Source of the DNA: Fidelibacterota bacterium | GTDB lineage: Bacteria; Fidelibacterota; UBA2242; JAOZSR01 | Direction: 5' to 3' | Assembly: GCA_029939575.1 (NCBI GenBank) | Contig: JAOZSR010000007.1 | Span: 2,092-66,091 of the forward strand | Length of the DNA stretch: 64,000 bases | Shown: positions 45,846-55,383 of the stretch, in pieces | Layout: every line of letters begins with the position of its first letter | Numbering within the stretch: position 1 is the stretch's first letter | Translations under genes and position numbers: made by a program | Notes under the pieces: model-generated | Databases searched by the model: none | The model's input: only the letters and a program-made list of their open reading frames with translations | What the model was told of the DNA's origin: nothing

Positions 45846-45942
45846 TATTTTACTATTTCCTCAAATAATTATTCTTTAGTCAAACACGGCTCCGCCCTGT
45901 TAGTCACATTTTATAATAATTATATGACAAACCGGGCATAAA

Positions 45943-45964
45943 TATATGTTAACCTGGTAAGTTT
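45943..45964. terminator. hairpin (CCTGGTAA / TTACCAGG, 6-nt loop) between csrA and the ppd operon start; possible csrA terminator
   Basis: Perfect 8-bp inverted repeat in the 380-nt AT-rich intergenic region. Confidence 0.3.
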
Positions 45965-46227
45965 ATTTACCAGGCTATAAAAAATATAAAATGGCTAGAT
46001 TAATTCTAAATTTCATTAACTTCATGTTAGTCTTTTTTCAATTTTACTCTTTACTTATTTTATTAGATGTTAATGATTATATCTATATTTTATCTTTAGT
46101 AAAAATAAGATGATTTATACAATATTTTATTTTTTCCAAAAATATCCCTATATAATAACTAACTACTAATCCAATTATGTTACGTGCTTTTATTATCCTA
46201 CCTTTTGGTGTAATCCAACGATGCATA

Positions 46228-46461
46228 TTATTTAGTTCCTATAAACAATTGTTTAAGCATATGCGGTTTGAGATTTTTGGTTACTAAGGAGGCCTTGTTT
46301 TCCTCTTGAATTTTTTCGTAAATCTCTTCACGATGGACTGGAATTTCAATAGGAGCGTCTATTCCGATTTTTGCATGACCGCTGGTTGTTTCTAATAATT
46401 TTATAACGACATTGCTTCCTATCCGAATACTTTGATTACATTTCCTTGTAAGAACTAGCAT
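46228..46461 (-). CDS. csrA: carbon storage regulator CsrA
   Basis: MLVLTRKCNQSIRIGSNVVIKLLETTSGHAKIGIDAPIEIPVHREEIYEKI is near-consensus CsrA. Confidence 0.85.
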   Translation of the reverse strand: MLVLTRKCNQSIRIGSNVVIKLLETTSGHAKIGIDAPIEIPVHREEIYEKIQEENKASLVTKNLKPHMLKQLFIGTK

Positions 46462-46545
46462 TCTCCCTCCCTGGAGATTTAATATTTAATAAATTGACTA
46501 TAATTACAGAAATTCTCATGGGAATTTTCCTTATCTTATTAAAAA

Positions 46546-46977
46546 TTATAAAAGAGTATCTAAACGATTTTGTGATGATAATTGATTAGAATCCAAAATT
46601 ACCTGGTTACCTCTCATATTTGAAAGATTAATTATTATTGGTGCTTTAGTATTTGCAGTAAATTGCTGTTCCTCCTGATTTGCTCTCAGTATCACATACA
46701 TTTCCACATTGTTAGGATCTTTAATATCCAATTTGCGCAATTCAGCGGATGGAATTTTCATATACTCATAACTACTTAATAATTGTGCATTTATCACAAT
46801 CATTGCGATATCTTCATATTCTTTTGCCTGAAACATTTTAAATGGAGGATATTCCTCGATATCTTCGAGATAAAACTCTTTCACGTCTTCAAATCCTGGA
46901 ATTCCATATTTAAAGACAACTACCTGCTGCTCAGCAACATCAGGGAGTTCTTTCGTAGCTAACATTTCTTTTTGCAC
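46546..46977 (-). CDS. fliW: flagellar assembly factor FliW
   Basis: VVVFKYGIPGFEDVKEFYLEDIEEYPPFKMFQAKEYEDIAMIVINAQLL fits the FliW pattern. Paired with csrA as in other flagellated bacteria. Confidence 0.8.
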   Translation of the reverse strand: MQKEMLATKELPDVAEQQVVVFKYGIPGFEDVKEFYLEDIEEYPPFKMFQAKEYEDIAMIVINAQLLSSYEYMKIPSAELRKLDIKDPNNVEMYVILRANQEEQQFTANTKAPIIINLSNMRGNQVILDSNQLSSQNRLDTLL

Positions 46978-47001
46978 GTTTCTTGGTAACCTTTCCTTTT
47001 T

Positions 47002-47883
47002 TTACCTTAGAAAATTCAATATATTCAAGTGTATTGCATCTGAAGTTGTTTGAAGAGCTGCCTTATAAGCCATTTCTTCCGCATTATATTGAGTAATAGC
47101 ATCAACAAAATCAGTATCTTCTGTTTTGGATAAATATGATTTTAAATTCAAGTTGCTGTTTTCTAACCTTTTGCCTGTCATTTCTATTTGAATTGACAAG
47201 GAACCCATTCCCGCGGACAAAGCTAAAACATTATCGGAAACTTCATCTAATTTGGACAGAGAGTTATCAATTGCAGTTTCATCACCGGCACGTAAATTAT
47301 CTCTTAATTCTGTGAGTGAAGAAAATAATTCCTTATCAATAAGCTGAGTACCATCTAAATTAATTTCAACATTATAATTTTCAGCGATTCGACGATTAAT
47401 TTTTTTTGAATTTCCATTATATGTAATTGATGTGCCATCAAATTCAAAAGGTTTGTCGCCTTTTATTTTGTTGCCTCCGAACAAATATTTTCCGGAAAAG
47501 GAAGAATTAGCCAAAGTTATTACTTCTTCTAAAATATCTTCAATCTGGTCACTAATTGTATTTTTTACAGATTGATCGGCACTATTCCCAGCTCCCTGTA
47601 TAGTTAAATCTTTTGCTTTGATCAGGTCAGTATTTATTCTATCAAGAATACTTATTGTATCATCAACCCAACCCTGAGCATCTGCAACGTTTGCCAGATA
47701 TTGTTCATTTATGACTATTTCGTTTCTAAATCTGGTAGCCCGAGTAAAGGCCACAGGGTCATCTGATGCTCTTTGAAACTGTTTTCCTGTTGCAATATCG
47801 GTCTGATGTCCATTCATTGTATTTCGGCTTGTATTCAGACTTTTTATTAGATTCCGTGTAATCATTGATTCTGTTACACGCAT
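47002..47883 (-). CDS. flgL: flagellar hook-associated protein 3 (FlgL)
   Basis: N-terminal MRVTESMITRNLIKSLNTSRNTMNGHQTDIATGKQFQRASDDP and a flagellin-like C-terminus. Sits next to flgK. Confidence 0.8.
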   Translation of the reverse strand: MRVTESMITRNLIKSLNTSRNTMNGHQTDIATGKQFQRASDDPVAFTRATRFRNEIVINEQYLANVADAQGWVDDTISILDRINTDLIKAKDLTIQGAGNSADQSVKNTISDQIEDILEEVITLANSSFSGKYLFGGNKIKGDKPFEFDGTSITYNGNSKKINRRIAENYNVEINLDGTQLIDKELFSSLTELRDNLRAGDETAIDNSLSKLDEVSDNVLALSAGMGSLSIQIEMTGKRLENSNLNLKSYLSKTEDTDFVDAITQYNAEEMAYKAALQTTSDAIHLNILNFLR

Positions 47884-47917
47884 ATCAAACTCCTTTCCTC
47901 ATCTCTTTCAATTTCCC

Positions 47918-49276
47918 TTAAATTAAATTCAGTACAGTTCTAGACATTTCATCTACAGTATTAATTATTTTCGCGGCTGCCTGGTATGCCTGTTCATACT
48001 GTGTTAATTGTATTAATTCTTCATCAAGTGATACGCCGGAAACAGAATCCTGTTGATTCTTTAGGCTTTGCACTACCATTCCCTGGCTTTCATTTAAAAA
48101 ACTAGATTCCTGTACTTTACTTCCTACCTGTCCAATTAAAGAATTATAATATTCAGATATTGTGTTCCCTTCTAAATTATTTCTAAACTGAATATCATAA
48201 ATAGCCTGGGCTATAGTCCCGTTTCCTGCTTCATCAAGATTCGCTGATGCAGCTATTAAAGATGGATCTTCTTTAATATTTTCATTTAACTGTAAATCAC
48301 CGGCACCCGTTGGATTACTATTAAAAAAATTAATTCCGGTAATCCCACTCAGGTTATATCCCCTTGCATGAATAGTATTAATTTGTTTAGCCATATTTAC
48401 AGCCAAATTATCCAGTTGATTTATATAATCAGGAATATAGGTATTGTTAATCTGTAACAAACTTCCCATTTCACCAGATTGAATATTTAGGGTTCTGTTA
48501 TTATCAATTGTTTTTATTGAAACTTTTACTGTGCCGTTTATTATTTTTGATTCTGTGGTTAATAAATTCGTTTTATCACCCGATACCAGAATATTCCCGG
48601 CTGAAGATAATGTTAATTGTCCATTGTCATTTTCACGGGCATCTATATCAAGTACTTTTGATAATTCTGATACAATTATATCCCGTTGATCTAATAAATC
48701 ATTTGATGGATTAACATTTATCTGCTTATTAATAATTTTTATCTGATTGAGTTTCTGATTTACTTCATTAACTTTACCATTTAACTCAGAACTAATTTCT
48801 GATTGTAAGTTTGTCAAATTCTTACTGACTCTGTTAAACGTCTGAGTAAGGCTAATACTTTTATCTCTTACAATTGTCCTTGTATACTGTTTATCCGGTT
48901 CATTGGCTAAATCGCTCCAGGCATTCCAAAATTCAGAAATTACATTTGATAAACCTGATTCATAAGGTTCACCAAAAACATCTTCAATTTGGGTAAATAT
49001 CTTTTCGTCCATTTCAAATTTGCCATTATTCTGGTATTCAAGATTTAATTGATTATCAACAAATTTATTCCTGATTCTTGACAGAGATTCAGACGAAACA
49101 CCACTACCAAGCTTAGAAAAACGAATATGATTTTCACGAAGTTCCTCAAATTGTGCTTTTCTCCTTGTATATCCATCAGTATTAATATTGGCAATATTAC
49201 GTGAAACTGTATTTATTGCGTTTCTATGAGTCATTAAGGATCTTTTTGAAATATCTAATATACTTGATAAGGACAT
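47918..49276 (-). CDS. flgK: flagellar hook-associated protein 1 (FlgK)
   Basis: MSLSSILDISKRSLMTHRNAINTVSRNIANINTDGYTRRKAQFEE is the FlgK N-terminus; 452 aa. Confidence 0.85.
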   Translation of the reverse strand: MSLSSILDISKRSLMTHRNAINTVSRNIANINTDGYTRRKAQFEELRENHIRFSKLGSGVSSESLSRIRNKFVDNQLNLEYQNNGKFEMDEKIFTQIEDVFGEPYESGLSNVISEFWNAWSDLANEPDKQYTRTIVRDKSISLTQTFNRVSKNLTNLQSEISSELNGKVNEVNQKLNQIKIINKQINVNPSNDLLDQRDIIVSELSKVLDIDARENDNGQLTLSSAGNILVSGDKTNLLTTESKIINGTVKVSIKTIDNNRTLNIQSGEMGSLLQINNTYIPDYINQLDNLAVNMAKQINTIHARGYNLSGITGINFFNSNPTGAGDLQLNENIKEDPSLIAASANLDEAGNGTIAQAIYDIQFRNNLEGNTISEYYNSLIGQVGSKVQESSFLNESQGMVVQSLKNQQDSVSGVSLDEELIQLTQYEQAYQAAAKIINTVDEMSRTVLNLI

Positions 49277-49283
49277 AATTCCC

Positions 49284-49820
49284 TCAAATCTGATAATTTA
49301 GCATCTTATTATTAATAGCTTCAGTGCTATTCATATATCCATTAATATTGTATGTCTCAGAAGTTTTATCCCTGGTATAAAGATAGAGATTAATCAATTC
49401 TTTAACATGACAAAGAGAAATATTTAATAAATAAGAATTTTCGCCATTTAATTTAGTAACATTATTTAAACTTCTTTTTAATTTATATCTAAGTGTTGTC
49501 AATTTTACAGAATTTTCCGGAGCTGCAAAATTAATAATTTCTTTTAATGTCATAAGGATATTTTTAGAAGAATAAACACGAGCCAATTTTTTTACTATCT
49601 CTATTCTTTCTTCCTCAATTTCTTTACATATTTTTGTTTGACGCGCTTCTTCTGAAATTGTAGATTGTAATAATTCAACATCTCCCTGAACAATTAATTT
49701 TTGTTTAGTCTTTAATATATTAACAAGTTTATCATAATCCTGATTCTCAATCTTTAAGATTTCAATTAATTTTGTAAACAATATAGGCGATTTTTCTTTT
49801 TTCATCTTATTCATCCTCAT
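49284..49820 (-). CDS. FlgN-like flagellar chaperone (putative)
   Basis: 178 aa helical protein immediately upstream of flgK and flgL. Called from position and composition. Confidence 0.4.
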   Translation of the reverse strand: MRMNKMKKEKSPILFTKLIEILKIENQDYDKLVNILKTKQKLIVQGDVELLQSTISEEARQTKICKEIEEERIEIVKKLARVYSSKNILMTLKEIINFAAPENSVKLTTLRYKLKRSLNNVTKLNGENSYLLNISLCHVKELINLYLYTRDKTSETYNINGYMNSTEAINNKMLNYQI

Positions 49821-50196
49821 TAAAACCTAAGGGATTCATTAATGCGGGGTTTTGTAAATAATTATTTTTTAATTCTGACAACTGGGAGATATCACCTTTT
49901 CCTTTTAAAGAATTAAAAATCATATCAGATAATCCGATTCCACCATTATGGGCAACTGCTTTACCCATAACCGAACTGAACATCATGGTGGATAAATTCT
50001 GTTTATCCCCTGAATCTGTTTTGGGGATTGTTTTTTCCATAGCTTTAAAAATCTGAGTGATAAAAATAGCTTCCAGATCATTTGCTTTTTCTCTTAATAA
50101 AATATCGCGCCCATTTTGTTTGTCTGATAATTTTTTATTCTGATTAACAGATTTCTTCAGAATTTCGTTCATATTATTATTTATATTTATCTTCAT
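49807..50196 (-). CDS. flagellar rod-binding protein (FlgJ N-terminal-domain-like)
   Basis: DLEAIFITQIFKAMEKTIP matches the Rod-binding domain motif (LEavFl.qmLKsMr). Confidence 0.55.
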   Translation of the reverse strand: MKININNNMNEILKKSVNQNKKLSDKQNGRDILLREKANDLEAIFITQIFKAMEKTIPKTDSGDKQNLSTMMFSSVMGKAVAHNGGIGLSDMIFNSLKGKGDISQLSELKNNYLQNPALMNPLGFNEDE

Positions 50197-50206
50197 TTTT
50201 TCACTC

Positions 50207-51343
50207 TTATATAATAACTAATTTTGCATTTAATGCGCCTGCTTCTTTAATAGACTGAAAAATTGCGATTATATCCCTTGGTTTCAGGCTCAATTCGTTC
50301 ATTGCCGCAGCCAGATCACGAACACTTGTAGTTGGTTTTATTACTGCAGCTTTTGCTTCCTGTTCCTGTACCTGTGTTTGAGTAACATATTCTACAATTG
50401 TTTGTCCTGTACTTGTAAAAGGAGCAGAAGGTTGTGAAATAATAGGCGTTCTTTTAATTTGAATTGTTAATGAACCATGTGATATCATCACTTCATTAAT
50501 TTTCACATTGCCACCTGCAACAACAGTTCCGGTTCTTTCGTTAATTACTACCCTGGCTTCAATATCAGGTACAACTTGTAAGGTTTCTATACTTGCAATA
50601 AAAAATATAGCATCCTCCTGGGTTTGGATATTGGCTGGCATATTGATTTCAACAACACCGGCATTTACAGGTTTTGCCAAAGGAATTCCGGAAACAGAAA
50701 CATTATTGATAGATTCACTAATTCTCGATACTGTCACAAAATCAGCATTATTCAACAATAATCTAATTGGCTGGGAAGGATCAAATTTTTCAGTTTCAGA
50801 TATTTTCATTAAAGAACCACCGTTAGGAACACGTCCAACAAGAGCATGATTCTTTTTTACTTTTTCACCGGCTGTTGTCTCTATATTATATCCACCAATT
50901 GAAATAGGTCCCTGTGCATTTCCATAGTATACTCCATCATTACCCACCAGAGGCGTCATCAATAAAACACCACCTTCGAGACTTGTAGCATCACCAAGAG
51001 AAGATACAAGAACATCAAATTTTGACCCAATTCTTCCGAAAGCCGGTTTCATGGCCGTTACCATTACAGCTGCAACATTTCTGGTTCTTAAATGCGCTTT
51101 ATCGACGGTAATTCCAAATCGTTCCAGCATATTGCTAATAGATTGAACAGTAAAGACAGCACCAAAACTCCGACTGGCACGATCACCTGTACCATCAAGA
51201 CCTGTTACTAATCCATATCCAACGACAGATTCCTGATTGGCATTTTCAAAAGTTACAATATCCTTAATTCTTACCTGCGAAAAAGCTATTTGCAAAAGCA
51301 GAAAACTAATTATACTTAGTTTATATAATTGATTAATCTTCAT
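50207..51343 (-). CDS. flgI: flagellar P-ring protein FlgI
   Basis: RIKDIVTFENANQESVVGYGLVTGLDGTGD is the FlgI signature. N-terminal signal peptide present. Confidence 0.9.
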   Translation of the reverse strand: MKINQLYKLSIISFLLLQIAFSQVRIKDIVTFENANQESVVGYGLVTGLDGTGDRASRSFGAVFTVQSISNMLERFGITVDKAHLRTRNVAAVMVTAMKPAFGRIGSKFDVLVSSLGDATSLEGGVLLMTPLVGNDGVYYGNAQGPISIGGYNIETTAGEKVKKNHALVGRVPNGGSLMKISETEKFDPSQPIRLLLNNADFVTVSRISESINNVSVSGIPLAKPVNAGVVEINMPANIQTQEDAIFFIASIETLQVVPDIEARVVINERTGTVVAGGNVKINEVMISHGSLTIQIKRTPIISQPSAPFTSTGQTIVEYVTQTQVQEQEAKAAVIKPTTSVRDLAAAMNELSLKPRDIIAIFQSIKEAGALNAKLVII

Positions 51344-51975
51344 TATATTGATATCCCCATAATCGCAATGGCAAGCAAACCGACGCCTATAACCCAGGTG
51401 CCGACTTTTTGAAGAGTACCTGGTTTAACCAGTTTATTAGTAATACCACTTTTTTTATAATTAATTTTTGCATTGGCAATATTATAAGAATACACAGTAT
51501 TATCGGTCATTATATCTCTTTGCCTGACAAGTCCTTCTAACTGCATTAGATTTTTCTCACCATTTATTTCAACCGTCCGTTCACCTTGTATTTTTAGTAT
51601 ACCATTTTCGTTTTGTTCAACAATGATTGCCGAAATTTTGCCTGTTAATCTTTCTGACTGCGAAGATTCAGCATCACCATCATGACTATTAGCTATCGAA
51701 CTTGAAGCACCGAACATTGGCAAAAATTCTGTCAACTTTCCAAGATTTCCCGAAGTTGAACCGTTGGCAGAAAAATCTGATTGTTTGGAACTTGAAGATT
51801 CTGATTCGCTTTTGGCATCGGCAGTTTCAATTATCAATACAGTAATAACATCACCAACATTATTTGCTTTAATATCAGAAAACATGGAATGTTTAACACC
51901 GTTATAAAGTTGCCCAAATAGTAAATTGGTCAAAACAAACCAGAAAATTATTGATATATATTGTAATTTATTCAT
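51343..51975 (-). CDS. flgH: flagellar L-ring protein FlgH
   Basis: Signal peptide followed by KANNVGDVITVLIIETADAKSESES, matching the FlgH core (A.rvGDiiTV.i.E...A). Confidence 0.8.
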   Translation of the reverse strand: MNKLQYISIIFWFVLTNLLFGQLYNGVKHSMFSDIKANNVGDVITVLIIETADAKSESESSSSKQSDFSANGSTSGNLGKLTEFLPMFGASSSIANSHDGDAESSQSERLTGKISAIIVEQNENGILKIQGERTVEINGEKNLMQLEGLVRQRDIMTDNTVYSYNIANAKINYKKSGITNKLVKPGTLQKVGTWVIGVGLLAIAIMGISI

Positions 51976-51979
51976 TTTC

Positions 51980-52684
51980 TCACTTTATATTTACAACAAC
52001 AACATTAGGCGTTAATATAGTGCCTTTAACAAATTTTCGTGAAGTTTCACACATTACCCTGATTTTATCACCAATAACACCGCTTTCTTTGGCTTTTCCA
52101 TCAGCTTCTATTAAAATATGATTTCGAACAAATTGTAATGTAATATTTTCACCCCGTTCTATGTCCGGTTTTACATATAACATATCTCTTTTTATTTGAT
52201 CGCCAGCCCGAATCACCTGCTTTGTAACAAGTCCTTTGACCTGCTCTATAGATTTGACAATGTTAAGATTATTATTTGTAATTAATACTGTCTTAATTTC
52301 CAGTTTATTCTCATCTAACCATTCATTTCTTTTCAAATCTGTTTTAGCAACCAGTATTTTCATTTTGGCAGAAACAGTGACAGTAATACGGTAATTCTCA
52401 ATAGTACCATTTTTAAGAAAAACTTTTAATTTTAAGGTTTGATGTCCTAATCCAGGTACGGCGTTCCGTGATTCAACTAATATTTTTGAATTTGCTGAAA
52501 TTTTTAAATTATCCGGGTAATGTAATAGTTTCATAAAAATATCAGATTCATCAACTCCAATTTTTTGAGCAAAATAGCCTGTAATATTTTCCAATACTAT
52601 TTCTTTCGATGATTGACTTCCTAAGGACAGGCTTGTCAATATTGTTATCAAAATAATTAATATTACAGGTTTTTTACTTAACAT
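51980..52684 (-). CDS. flgA: flagellar P-ring assembly chaperone FlgA (SAF domain)
   Basis: Signal peptide; the C-terminal segment IRAGDQIKRDMLYVKPDIERGENITLQF matches the FlgA/SAF pattern. Confidence 0.7.
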   Translation of the reverse strand: MLSKKPVILIILITILTSLSLGSQSSKEIVLENITGYFAQKIGVDESDIFMKLLHYPDNLKISANSKILVESRNAVPGLGHQTLKLKVFLKNGTIENYRITVTVSAKMKILVAKTDLKRNEWLDENKLEIKTVLITNNNLNIVKSIEQVKGLVTKQVIRAGDQIKRDMLYVKPDIERGENITLQFVRNHILIEADGKAKESGVIGDKIRVMCETSRKFVKGTILTPNVVVVNIK

Positions 52685-52694
52685 ATTTCTATCT

Positions 52695-53483
52695 CTATCG
52701 TTTCAAATTATTTGTCATTGCCAGGAGTTCGTCAGCGGTTTTTACGGTTTTTGAATTTATTTCATAAGTACGTTGAGCAACGATCAGATCGACCATTTCA
52801 CGAACAACATCTACATTAGATTTTTCAAGATAACCCTGGTACAATGTTCCAAAACCTTCTTCTCCCGGTAGTCCAAAATTTGGTCGTCCCGATGCTTCGG
52901 TTTCAACATAGAGATTACCACCTATTGCAGATAAACCGGCAGGATTCATAAAATTAGATAATTCAACCTGTCCTATTTCTTCCGATTCACTTTGTCCGTC
53001 ATAAAGAACTGATAAAACTCCATCTTCACTAATATTTAAACTTGAAACTCCTGATGGAATTGAAATTTCCGGATACATAAACAATCCCGATGATGTTACA
53101 ATATTGCCGGATCCATTAACTCTAAAAGAACCATCTCTTGTATAAGCAAAGGAGCCGTCACTTTTTTGTACCTGAAAAAAACCTCTGCCTTTGATAGCCA
53201 TATCAAGTGGATTTTCCGTTTCCTCAATTGTTCCTTGTGAAAATGAACGAAAAGTAGATATTGGTTTGTTTCCATGACCAATTTGAATTTCACCCGGTTT
53301 TTCTTTTCCATCTCTTCTATCTGAAGCTCCTGATTGAATTGTCTGATACAGTAAATCCTGAAATTCCAGAGAATTCTTTTTAAACCCTGTTGTATTTACA
53401 TTTGCTAAATTATTTGCAATTGTATCAACATGTAATTGTTGGGCTTCCATACCAAGAGCTGCTGTTCTTAATGAGCGAATCAT
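52695..53483 (-). CDS. flgG: flagellar distal rod protein FlgG
   Basis: MIRSLRTAALGMEAQQLHVDTIANNLANVNTTGFKK and C-terminal DLIVAQRTYEINSK are near-consensus FlgG. Confidence 0.9.
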   Translation of the reverse strand: MIRSLRTAALGMEAQQLHVDTIANNLANVNTTGFKKNSLEFQDLLYQTIQSGASDRRDGKEKPGEIQIGHGNKPISTFRSFSQGTIEETENPLDMAIKGRGFFQVQKSDGSFAYTRDGSFRVNGSGNIVTSSGLFMYPEISIPSGVSSLNISEDGVLSVLYDGQSESEEIGQVELSNFMNPAGLSAIGGNLYVETEASGRPNFGLPGEEGFGTLYQGYLEKSNVDVVREMVDLIVAQRTYEINSKTVKTADELLAMTNNLKR

Positions 53484-53499
53484 TATATTCTCCCTTTAT

Positions 53500-54210
53500 T
53501 TAATATCTACTTAGTTTTGATGAAGCATCACCCAAAACTCTGTCGAGTGCTTTAATAGTTCTTTGGGCAGATTCAAAATTTCTTTTTAATTCAATTAATT
53601 GAACCATTTCCTTAACAGGATTTATATTTGAACCTTCAAGTTTTCCCTGTACAATATTTGGTTCATCCACTATTTCCGGGTAATTTCTCCCTGAATATGT
53701 GAAAAAATTTCCTCTTCCTTTATTAATTTTCCCGTCTTCCGGCAAACGTGAGATTAATAATTTTCCAATTAAGTTTGAGTCTGCAAAAATTTCTCCCGAT
53801 GAATTAATATTCAATTCCGATTTTTTCTGTCCGTCAATAGAAACATTTATCAAACCACTATGTCCTAATACTCCATAACCTTCTTTAGTTACTAAAAAAC
53901 CTTCACTATCAACTGTAAAATGTCCATCACGAGTATATTTGGTATCACCGTCAGTATCTATTGTAAAAAAACCTTCTCCGGTAATTGCCATATCCAAAGG
54001 ATTTCCGGTATCTTTTAATGCTCCCTGGGAATAATCCCGATAAGAATTCATTTTCATTCTCGAAGATTCTTTATTTTTAAGAAGTTCAAAAAATGGAATA
54101 TCCTTTTTAAAGCCTGTAGTATTGGCATTAGCCAAATTATTTGCCACCAGATTATTCTTATTGTTTTGAATAACCATATTATTTTTTAATTCACTTAATC
54201 TAAAATCCAT
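53500..54210 (-). CDS. flgF: flagellar proximal rod protein FlgF (FlgG paralog)
   Basis: LVANNLANANTTGFKK plus the C-terminal rod motif. Start chosen at the internal Met with a GGAG RBS 10 nt upstream; the ORF track extends to 54267. Confidence 0.7.
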   Translation of the reverse strand: MDFRLSELKNNMVIQNNKNNLVANNLANANTTGFKKDIPFFELLKNKESSRMKMNSYRDYSQGALKDTGNPLDMAITGEGFFTIDTDGDTKYTRDGHFTVDSEGFLVTKEGYGVLGHSGLINVSIDGQKKSELNINSSGEIFADSNLIGKLLISRLPEDGKINKGRGNFFTYSGRNYPEIVDEPNIVQGKLEGSNINPVKEMVQLIELKRNFESAQRTIKALDRVLGDASSKLSRY

Positions 54211-54242
54211 TGTCAATTGCTCCTTTTCTGATATCTTAAAAG

Positions 54243-54257
54243 GCAACAATATTGCCA
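54243..54257 (-). promoter_or_regulatory. sigma54 (RpoN) -24/-12 promoter for the rod/ring operon: TGGCAA-tattg-TTGC on the - strand
   Basis: Reverse complement of 54242-54257 is TGGCAATATTGTTGCC. GG and GC are spaced 12 nt apart, as in the consensus TGGCAC-N5-TTGCW. About 33 nt upstream of the flgF start at 54210. Confidence 0.5.
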
Positions 54258-54544
54258 TTAGAAACAATTAACAAAAATGCTGAATTTTTCCTAATTTTTA
54301 TTATTCTACTTAAAAATTGATATTTATAGAATTACAAGGTTATAACAAGTAAAAATTCAACTTTTTTCAAACAATAATTCCTATAATCACTTCTAATCAA
54401 ATAATCGGAATTTCTTATCGTCAAAAGGAATATTTTTCCTCTTCAAATATTTTCTAACACATAAATATCTACATATTATTTATTGTTTTTATAGAAGTTA
54501 TAAAAATAGTTAAAAAATGAATATTTTTATTTTTTTTAATTTAA

Positions 54545-54680
54545 TGATGGTTTCGTAAAAAGAATCGAAGCTGTCTTTCCGTCGAAAGCCGGACATAGTC
54601 TGAGGCAGCGTAGCAACGAAGAATCTCGTTGACAATCGACTGGGATTCTTCGTTTGAAACTCTTTCAGATTGACATGATT
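54545..54680. ncRNA. GC-rich (about 45%) structured island in an AT-rich intergenic region; candidate small RNA or regulatory element
   Basis: Local inverted repeats CGAAGAATC / GATTCTTCG (18-nt loop) and CTTTC / GAAAG; no ORF longer than 28 aa. Strand unknown. Confidence 0.25.
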
Positions 54681-55028
54681 TCCACTTTTTACAAACCCGT
54701 TAATTTAATGATTATAAATGATGTTGACGAAATGATTAATTATATCTAAGGATTTTCTCTTTGGTCATTCAAATTCAATCCCATTATGATTGTAACTTAA
54801 TATTTTTATTCAAAGATGAATATTGAATATCTACTAAAAAATTATTAAACTATTAACAAATTATTAATAATTACTAAAAATTATGGATAAACTTAATGAA
54901 ATTTACAAAAAAGGTTGAACAAGCAATTGAACCTGGCAAAAAAACAGTTTATTTCATAAAATAGGAATTAAATAACTTATTGTTTTTGAATCAGTTCTTA
55001 ATAAAGAAAATATCATAAAGTAGATAAT

Positions 55029-55340
55029 ATGGCATATATTCGAGGAACATTTCAAATTCTAAAAAAACTTACTCCAATGTTGCTTAAAACTGCAACGATT
55101 AGTTCTGATGTGAAAAATTTATTATCCGGTGAAAAAAATTCTAATAACATTGCATCCAGAGTTGAGTCTATTGAAGCGAGTCTCAAAAAACAAGCAGAAT
55201 TAAATGAGCAAATTAATTCTCAGACAGAACTTTTACTCAAATTAATTGCGAAACACCAGCACTTTACAATTATTTTAAGTCTGTTACTCTTTTTATCACT
55301 TGGAATTGGAACTATTCTGTTAATTTTACATTTTAACTAA
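55029..55340 (+). CDS. small hypothetical membrane-anchored protein (C-terminal TM helix)
   Basis: 103 aa; C-terminal FTIILSLLLFLSLGIGTILLIL is hydrophobic. Confidence 0.3.
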   Translation: MAYIRGTFQILKKLTPMLLKTATISSDVKNLLSGEKNSNNIASRVESIEASLKKQAELNEQINSQTELLLKLIAKHQHFTIILSLLLFLSLGIGTILLILHFN

Positions 55341-55383
55341 CAACTTTTTAATACCTTAATAAACAGCCAGATAGGAGATTATT

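Noticed and set aside
54545-54680. Possibility that the GC-rich island is a tRNA or tmRNA
   Set aside because: No GTTCRANYC T-loop, no acceptor-stem/CCA arrangement, no cloverleaf pairing visible by eye.
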